Shown piece after piece: positions 56,701-64,000 of a stretch of 64,000 nucleotides of DNA (position 1 is its first letter; the number at the start of each line of letters is the position of its first letter). Made by a program: the position numbers and the translations under genes. Under the pieces are notes generated by a model, which saw only the letters and a program-made list of their open reading frames with translations, searched no databases and had not been told where the DNA came from. Source of the stretch: an uncultured Nitrososphaeraceae archaeon (GTDB lineage Archaea > Thermoproteota > Nitrososphaeria > Nitrososphaerales > Nitrososphaeraceae); NCBI GenBank assembly GCA_963825865.1, contig CAWGVG010000036.1, forward strand, positions 96,001-160,000, in the 5' to 3' direction.

Positions 56701-57501
56701 TTATCTTACATGGATTGGTATTTCCTTAAGTTTGCCTATTGCGACTTCGGCAGCCTTCTTGCCTGATAGCAACATGGAACCAAATGTTGGTCCCATTCTT
56801 GGTAAGCCATGTGTTTCTGTTACTGACATGCCAGCTGCTATCAATCCAGGAAATACTTCACCTGTATAATTTACTACTGCATCTTCACTGCCTTCCACCC
56901 ACAATGGATCCATGCCTTTCCATTTCATATAACCACGGTCCATTAATCGTTTCACAGCAACAGAATCATGACCTGATGCATCAATAACAATTTTACTTTC
57001 AAATGCTACCGGGTCAACGCATGTAATATTCCTTGGTAGTGCAGAAACTGGCATCCAGTTAACAACTATACCGCTTACACGTTTATTCTTTAACACCAAG
57101 TCATCAAATTTCGTTAATTGCAGGAATCTAACACCTGCATCACATGCAGCAGCGATTAGTTTTGAACAGGCATGTGGTCCCCACGTGGCATATAGCCCCT
57201 CAGTTATTTTACGATAAGGTATGCCTAATTCATCCCATATTTTCTGAGCTGGTGCCCTAACGGTTACTGGATTCATCATATATCCACCTACCCAATATCC
57301 ACCACCGAGGTAGTTGTTCTGTTCAACGATGAGTGTCTTTACACCCATTTTTCCCAATTCTTTACCTGCTGTTAATCCCGCTGGGCCTGCTCCAATTATT
57401 ATCACGTCAGAATCTGTATATTCTGTCATTGTTTCGTTAAACATAGCCGCTATCGTTCTCGTAATTTCCTTCTCGCTCACATTAGCAAAAATTTTTGCCA
57501 T
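56701..57501 (-). CDS. thi4: Thiazole synthase Thi4
   Basis: GAGPAGL, GGGYWVGG, CVDP, DASGHD, PRMGPTFGSMLLSG. Confidence 0.94.
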   Translation of the reverse strand: MAKIFANVSEKEITRTIAAMFNETMTEYTDSDVIIIGAGPAGLTAGKELGKMGVKTLIVEQNNYLGGGYWVGGYMMNPVTVRAPAQKIWDELGIPYRKITEGLYATWGPHACSKLIAAACDAGVRFLQLTKFDDLVLKNKRVSGIVVNWMPVSALPRNITCVDPVAFESKIVIDASGHDSVAVKRLMDRGYMKWKGMDPLWVEGSEDAVVNYTGEVFPGLIAAGMSVTETHGLPRMGPTFGSMLLSGKKAAEVAIGKLKEIPIHVR

Positions 57502-57783
57502 ATGTACCAAGTTCTTGTTGTCAGTATATATTATATGTTATCCAATCTCAAACTTATGAGACTAAAGTTCGAAGTATTTGACTAAATTGCCGATTGAATT
57601 GAATGGATTATATATGTTAAATGATGATCAAAAACCATCAAAAACTTTATAAAATAATTTGATAACTAAAATTTGAGTCGTCTGTGTAGTTTGAAAAATA
57701 ATCGGGAAGTTTAATCTATGATAAAAAGGTGTGGTGCTAGTAGATATTATATATAAAATATATTCATAGAATCTCTTAGAAGA

Positions 57784-58914
57784 TTAATAATCTTTTGTTG
57801 GCTTTGTGACAGGTCCAGTTCGTACTTTCGCATCAATATCTGAGAGTAAGTTAATCAAGTCAGACTTATGTGAATAAAGGTATTCTTGTCCCTTGTCTTT
57901 TAATCTTATTTGAAACAATCTGAGATCCCTGTGTTCATCAAAGAATTGCTCTATCATTGCGGTCCCATGCTTGGCAGGACTGATAAGCTGATCAAAGTCT
58001 TCAATGGTGGCATTGAGGTCACCTTTTTCTACAGACTCTTTGGCTCTACCGAGAATCTCGCTGATATCTTTTAATTGCTGTATAGGTGCATAGATTTCCT
58101 TGCTCTTCCCAAGGAGGCCAGAACGTTTTGCGACTCCCACTTTGTCTGCAATTTCCTTAGTAAGTTCATAATATTCTTCTTTACTGGTGAAGGTTTTCTT
58201 TTCTTTCTTTAGAGCTAATCCTTTCATCGACAGTCGCATCATAGCATCTTCAACTTCTTCTCTATCCATACCAGTAATCCACACAATTTTGCCTACGTAA
58301 TCGTACCCTTGTCTTATAGATTCTAGGACAACAACTTCAATAATCCGTCTAAATCCTTCCTCAGCTCTAGCATTTTCAAAATCTCTATCACGTACTGCCT
58401 TTTTGGCATTTGAAATGTCTATTTCTATAGAACGTTTTAGAGCCTCCATACCACCGTCCACCTCGCCAGTCAATGTGAGATAGCATGCCATGTTATACCA
58501 GGACATTCCGTCATTAGGGTTAATATCAATCGCTTTCTCACAGACTTCGATAGCCTTATCATAATTTTTCATTTTATAATAAGCTAGACCTTTCAGATTC
58601 CATGCTTCTGCATTGTTGACATCGATATCAAGAGCTCTATCATAGGAAGAAATGGAAACTGTATATTCACCTAAGTGAAAATGAGCATATCCTTTTTTTA
58701 TCCATGCATCAACATAATTAGGATCGATCCTTATAGCTAGTTCAAAACTGCGAATGGCATCTTCCAATTTCTCATTTGCCATATGATCAATGCCTTTCTT
58801 ATACAAGTCATGCTTTTGGAACTCTATGTTGTCACTATAATCCTGTTGCTTCGTATTTTCAGAAGGAGAATTCGAATATTTATCATCATGTTTTCTGCCT
58901 AGGAATCTGCCCAT
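57784..58914 (-). CDS. TPR-repeat protein with wHTH-like C-terminal part
   Basis: AWIKKG, AWNLKG, SWYNMAC repeats. Confidence 0.85.
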   Translation of the reverse strand: MGRFLGRKHDDKYSNSPSENTKQQDYSDNIEFQKHDLYKKGIDHMANEKLEDAIRSFELAIRIDPNYVDAWIKKGYAHFHLGEYTVSISSYDRALDIDVNNAEAWNLKGLAYYKMKNYDKAIEVCEKAIDINPNDGMSWYNMACYLTLTGEVDGGMEALKRSIEIDISNAKKAVRDRDFENARAEEGFRRIIEVVVLESIRQGYDYVGKIVWITGMDREEVEDAMMRLSMKGLALKKEKKTFTSKEEYYELTKEIADKVGVAKRSGLLGKSKEIYAPIQQLKDISEILGRAKESVEKGDLNATIEDFDQLISPAKHGTAMIEQFFDEHRDLRLFQIRLKDKGQEYLYSHKSDLINLLSDIDAKVRTGPVTKPTKDY

Positions 58915-59174
58915 AAATTAAATTGTTGTATTCGCAGATAAATAGATTTTGGACAAGTATTATTACATGCTCCTAGGCAATAAAATGAGCCTCTTCTTGT
59001 ACAACTGTACATGATCTATGGTAACAGTATTTTCTTAGCAATACTCGCCAATCTGTCTTGTCTTAATTGGGCTTCTCGACTCAGCGTGCTTCTCCGTCTG
59101 TGGTGTTATAATCTACGCTATTTGCAAATAACACATCTCTTTTATTGGATCATCGTATGGATCATCATGATAAT

Positions 59175-60181
59175 TCAACATATATCATAAATAAAAAATG
59201 AACTCAGTTTCAGTATATCTTTATTTTGCAAGAAATAACAATCTTTTACTCCCTGTATTATGGCTTGTTTAACTATGTATAATTGTAAGAAGAAGATCGA
59301 TTTTAATAGCATTTCTGTCAATGACAATTTATTACCACCACTGCTACTACAATTTGTATAAAAACATGAAGAAAAATCCAATTCTTCTAACCTGTCATTT
59401 AATGTCTTGCTGTTGCTATTGCTGTTGTTGATTCTTTTGACATATTCTTTGTTTCCAAGTATCATTATTTTATCATTCCTTTTGATACTGAATATTGGAG
59501 AATGACAAAATTCTTCAAGTGGATAAGCAAAAGACTTTGAACCAAAAACTTCATTTATCTTTAACGCACCATAGATACCAACGGGAAATAATATTCCATC
59601 TCCTAGAAATATGTAAGAGGATAAGTTTTCTAATATGTTGTCGTCATCCTTATCATCATAAACATCTATTAAACTCTCAACCTCCTTCTTTGTTTCTCTG
59701 TAAATCATTTTCAGATTATCAAAATCGTTTACTTCACTTACTAAAGAAAGACAGCTTAGCATACTAGAAGTAAAACTAATAGTGCCAGAGGTCGGAATCC
59801 CTGTAGTTTTATACTGAACCTCCATTATTTCATCACAGTTTTTCGCAAGTTTACTTTCTGGATTCGCAGTAATCGCAGTCGTCCGAACATTCTGTTCCTT
59901 TGCAATTTTTGCCGAGTATGTTTGCCTTAGTGTTACCTGAAATGGACACTATGTATATTCTACGGTTCTCTACTATTTCTGGATTGAGAACAATATCCAT
60001 TGGATTGCAACAGATTACTTTATGATTCGAAGCATACTGTGCAATTAATGCTGCCAACATAAGAATCGCCAGAACCCACAAACATACAATCGCTTAAATT
60101 AGTTTGTTTAGGTAAATTTGATTTTGATAAATTCTCTACCTGATATCTGATCTCAGTTTCCATCGCATCGATAGAGTTCAT
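59175..60181 (-). CDS. SIS-domain sugar isomerase/aminotransferase-like protein, frameshifted
   Basis: FVGSGDS, VSISGNT, EEFCHSP across frames. Confidence 0.7.
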
Positions 60182-60333
60182 GATTTATTTTATTGTTGTT
60201 AACTCGTATATACAAATATTAGGTTACTGGCCATCGGTTACTAATGATAAATGATAATATCCTGAAAAAATTGGATGCGTGTTCCAATCACGAATTTTTC
60301 CCATCTTTCTGTCTAACTCATACGAACTATACT

Positions 60334-60849
60334 TTAACTGATTGCTCTAACTGGTATAAGAAAATATGAACTGATGGATATTCCAATAAGGACTAGATTT
60401 GTAGCCAAGTGCAAAGTATATGCGTGGTTGATACCATATTTGTTGAATATACTGCGATAAAAAAAACCAAGAGGAAGCAATACTAGTGCAACATAAACCG
60501 CAACACCCATTGCTACATGCATCAATGCCCAGATAATAACACGCTTGACATTTTTCCTAAAGTAAAATTCTTCAAAGTAGTTGACGTGAATTAGCATATA
60601 TATCAACATAGGTATAAACGGCAAAATGCCAAAAACCCCTTGATTACCGAATGGGCCAAGGGCAATATTATATCCAAGCCAAGATAAATTTAAGATAGGA
60701 ATTTGAGACAAGTAGTCCTTCCCAAATATGACATAGATCATCAGCATACCTACTGTTAACGGCAAAAAGAAAAGCCCTTTTATTCCGCTTTTTAGATTCG
60801 AAAGTCTTGTCTTTGTTTCCTTGGCTAATAGCAAAGAAGGTCCTGCCAT
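60334..60849 (-). CDS. Multi-pass membrane protein, possibly CPBP/Abi-like
   Basis: Several TM helices; FEEFYFR, WALMH, LHLATN. Confidence 0.55.
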   Translation of the reverse strand: MAGPSLLLAKETKTRLSNLKSGIKGLFFLPLTVGMLMIYVIFGKDYLSQIPILNLSWLGYNIALGPFGNQGVFGILPFIPMLIYMLIHVNYFEEFYFRKNVKRVIIWALMHVAMGVAVYVALVLLPLGFFYRSIFNKYGINHAYTLHLATNLVLIGISISSYFLIPVRAIS

Positions 60850-60979
60850 ACAAAGGTAAAATATTATTAAATAAATATCTTCCAAACAAATGATATTTAA
60901 CATATGTTATCTATATGTCTTGATTTTTTTAGACAAAAATGATTATTTACTAGGTCTATCTAATATATACATACCAAAA

Positions 60980-61414
60980 GTGACGAATCACTACAAGGTA
61001 TTAGAAGTTACTAACACTGCTTCAGAAGCAGAAATTAAAAGGTCTTTTCGTAATTTAGCGTTAAAATATCATCCGGATAGAAATAAAAACTCCGAAGAAT
61101 CAAAGCAAAAATTTATGCAGATTGTTGAAGCTTATGAGGTCCTTTCTGACGAGCACTCAAGGAAAAACTATGATAGCAACATATACTACCATGGATTGTA
61201 TAATTACGCTCCAAGAGGACATAGATGGACACCTTCTGCAGACTTTGACCGGATTTATAGCTATGCAGAGATCAAGAGGAGATATAGGCAGAGCACGATT
61301 ACTGGTGGTATGTGGGATATTAGTGAAACTGCAAATGCAGGTATGTGGAAAGCCACAGTGATTTTATTTGGCTGTCTGGCAGCCATTGTTATGTTCATAA
61401 TGCTGATTCATTAG
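60980..61414 (+). CDS. J-domain (DnaJ-like) protein with C-terminal TM helix
   Basis: HYKVLEV, LKYHPDRN, EAYEVLSD. Confidence 0.9.
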   Translation: MTNHYKVLEVTNTASEAEIKRSFRNLALKYHPDRNKNSEESKQKFMQIVEAYEVLSDEHSRKNYDSNIYYHGLYNYAPRGHRWTPSADFDRIYSYAEIKRRYRQSTITGGMWDISETANAGMWKATVILFGCLAAIVMFIMLIH

Positions 61415-61629
61415 TGTCTTTTTCGGGTTCTTTTGCGTTCTTCATAATTTCTCATACTTTTATCGTATGTGATGTATTTGTAACTAAAGAAGACGGCTAA
61501 ACTTAAATTTGGTAACGAAAATATCAGAAAAGCATATGATGCTAAGAATGCAGAGAGAACAATTCCTAGGATTCCAACAGTTAAAGATATTATCAAAAGA
61601 AGTCTAATTTGGTTCTTTTTAGCTGCCAA
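61411..61629 (-). CDS. Small two-TM membrane protein
   Basis: Two hydrophobic stretches and a basic tail. Confidence 0.55.
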   Translation of the reverse strand: MAAKKNQIRLLLIISLTVGILGIVLSAFLASYAFLIFSLPNLSLAVFFSYKYITYDKSMRNYEERKRTRKRH

Positions 61630-61779
61630 CTATCGGATATAGCATATTTTACACTATAAAAGAGATCGGAAATTTCGTCAAATCTGTATATATATGTCGA
61701 CCTTTTCGCTATTCTCATAATGAACTAACTATCTCAAAAAGGTTAAAATGGGATTGAAATTAACAGCATTCGAAACAGA

Positions 61780-62077
61780 TTGCGAGTAGTTGCCATCGGA
61801 AGTCGTGTATTTGTGACTAGTTTTCAGCTTGCTGGGGTTCAAGGAATTAAAGTTGATTCTCCTACACAGGCACTTTCAGAAATTAATAAGATCGGTGGCA
61901 CTAGTGATGTCGGTTTGATACTCTTAAGCGACGATATAGGAAAACAAATTCGCTATAATCTTACAGAGATAAGGGCTAAGAAACCAATTCCATTAATTTT
62001 TGAACTTCCTTCTCCCGGAAGTACAAAAAGAAAAAGTGGATTATAGATCTCTGTTGAAGCAAATTCTAGGTGTTTAA
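61780..62077 (+). CDS. atpF: A/V-type ATP synthase subunit F, frameshift near the end
   Basis: VVAIGS...FQLAGVQG, DVGLILL, PLIFELP; VDYRSLLKQILGV* in shifted frame. Confidence 0.88.
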
Positions 62078-62322
62078 AAGATCTTCGTGTTTTTACCTCG
62101 ACCTCTATACTCTTGTATTCACTTATCAGGACTTCGAAGCCCCGACTGCATGATATCTATCTATATATATATCACAAATCGTGCGATATGATTCTTTTTT
62201 CTATAAAAGATAACTCTTAACTGAGCGAGGAACAAACTTAAACGATGGAAAGAAATCACATGGTCAGAAAAATATAATGCATATTATGTAGTCTAAAATG
62301 TAAGTTTTATATTATATCAATT

Positions 62323-62601
62323 ATGACTTTAATTATGTTATTGCCAGGATACTGCTCGCTCAGGATAAATGGTGATATTTGCCAACTTCCGCCATCATAT
62401 ATTGTTTCGGTAAATTCTCAAAGTGAAGAATATATGATAGCTGTTGTATGCGACAGTCACATGAAGAAAATGGAAAATCGGCTTCATGTGATGCAATTGG
62501 AAGGCAGTATTCCAGAAGGCAATATAAAATTTCAGCCTTTAAAAATGGTTACAACCAATTGCATTAAGGGCATAGATGAAGATTATATTGAAATTGAGTG
62601 A
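62323..62601 (+). CDS. Hypothetical protein with Cys/His residues
   Basis: CSL...CQLPPS...VVCDSH. Confidence 0.55.
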   Translation: MTLIMLLPGYCSLRINGDICQLPPSYIVSVNSQSEEYMIAVVCDSHMKKMENRLHVMQLEGSIPEGNIKFQPLKMVTTNCIKGIDEDYIEIE

Positions 62602-62858
62602 AGGCGACATATGGACTCTAAAAAGAACCTTCGAATTTGAAATCTAACTATCCCATGTTACGAATTTCAAATACTAAAATTGATAGATTACTTTCTTTGA
62701 CATCTTAAAATTCGCAGTTAGTCTTAAAGTAAAAACGAACAATCTTAACATCGCTTCTAATGCTCCATTTATCTTTTGGAATTTCAATTATATATGTGTG
62801 GGATACGACAGTAACATTATTTCTCTACTTTGGCTTTTACACAAACCTACTTTATTGA

Positions 62859-63850
62859 TCAGTTTTTCTTCTTCTTTACATCTGAATTTACAATAAATAG
62901 TGGATCCTTGCCCTTTAAAATATTGAGCAAATTTTGGACTGCAACCTCTGACATTTTGGAACGGGTTTGATATGTTGCACTACCTATATGTGGTAATACT
63001 ATCACATTCTTCATTTTTAACAATGGATTAGAGTTAGATAATGGTTCCTTTTCATATACATCCAAACCTGCACCTGCGATCCAGTTGTTTTTTAGTGCTT
63101 TAATTAAATCAGGCTCATTGATAATTTGGCCTCTTGCAGTGTTAATTATACAAGCTGTTTTCTTCATTTTTCTAAATTTTGGTTCGTCAAGCAAATGAAA
63201 GCTGTCATTGTTTAGAGTAGTATGTATAGAAAGAAAATCACTCTGTTCTAGAATGTAGTTGAAATCAACGTACTCTGCCTTGAGTTCAGACTCTATTTGA
63301 CTATTTCTAGTAGATCTATTATGATAAATAATTTTCATGTTAAATCCCTTTGCTCGTCGAGCAACTGCTGTGCCGATTCTTCCCAATCCGATAATGCCTA
63401 ATGTCATGCCATACACTTCCGTGCCTAATAAAAGGTTAGGCATCCATCCTACTTTCCACTGCTTTCTTTTGGTAAATTCATTAGCTTCAATGATTTTTCG
63501 TGCTAAGGCCAGAATTAATGCAAATGTCAGATCGGCAGTCGCTTCTGCAAGTATGTTCGATGTAAAGGTGACATGAATCCCTCTTTTTGTTGCCTCATCA
63601 ACGTCAATATGATCAACTCCTGTACTGTAAGAGCTGATCACCTTAAGTTTGGGTCCTGCCGAGCCATAACTTCTGCATCGATTTTATCTGATAGCATACA
63701 CAGTATTCCATCCTTATTTCGAATATTCTTGAGAATCTCCTTTCTAGTAGGAGGTCTATCTTTATTATTTAAAACCACATTACATTCTTTCAATAACATT
63801 GAAAGCGCGGGCTCCAAAATCTTTCTAGTCACATAAACTTTTTTTCGCAT
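62859..63850 (-). CDS. D-2-hydroxyacid dehydrogenase (glyoxylate reductase-like), frameshift near 63660
   Basis: GVDHID, GLGRIG, INTARG, LDVYEKEP, PHIGSAT. Confidence 0.92.
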
Positions 63851-64000
63851 AGCCACACTAATCTGTTTTATATTTCACTGCTATGAATTTTTACTACCAC
63901 ACAACTTTAAGTAAATAATCTCTCCTTAGCATATTCCACTACCCTAGGCAATTCGCAGGAACATCTATAATATTGTATAAAAAACAAATGTATATGTCAT

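Noticed and set aside
44430-62077. rps11 and atpF outside their usual operons
   Set aside because: As I recall, dispersed arrangements are ordinary in this lineage; not evidence of novelty.

Overview
AT-rich archaeal DNA, most likely a soil ammonia-oxidising archaeon (Nitrososphaerales). This is inferred from the archaeal-type EF-1beta, Cdc48, rps11, CofE, Thi4 and A/V-ATPase F genes and from poly-N/S/Q tracts. Three zones: (i) 1-12 kb holds Hsp20, a heavy-metal/sulfur cluster (P1B ATPase, ArsR, CsoR-like, rhodanese, SAM-MTase) and Zn-ribbon/EF-1beta/Cdc48. (ii) About 12.3-41 kb is a rearranged accessory region with IS630, TnpB and DDE transposase remnants, internal duplications and gene fragments. 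(iii) 41.8-64 kb is mostly housekeeping genes. The standout is a dispersed family of small secreted proteins: 9 clear copies plus 3 distant or decayed ones. Each has an MNNT signal peptide, a Lys-rich linker, the core NGNTVTxQxxKQxxxxSGFDNxxxQExxNVICTHPxxxC and a swappable C-terminal tail. Clear copies share a 140-170 bp upstream block, and most end in one of two conserved 3' hairpins. Many conserved genes carry single-base frameshifts, probably sequencing errors, so pseudogene calls resting on frameshifts alone are unreliable. I saw no rRNA, tRNA or CRISPR array. All calls come from reading motifs by eye; no database search was run.
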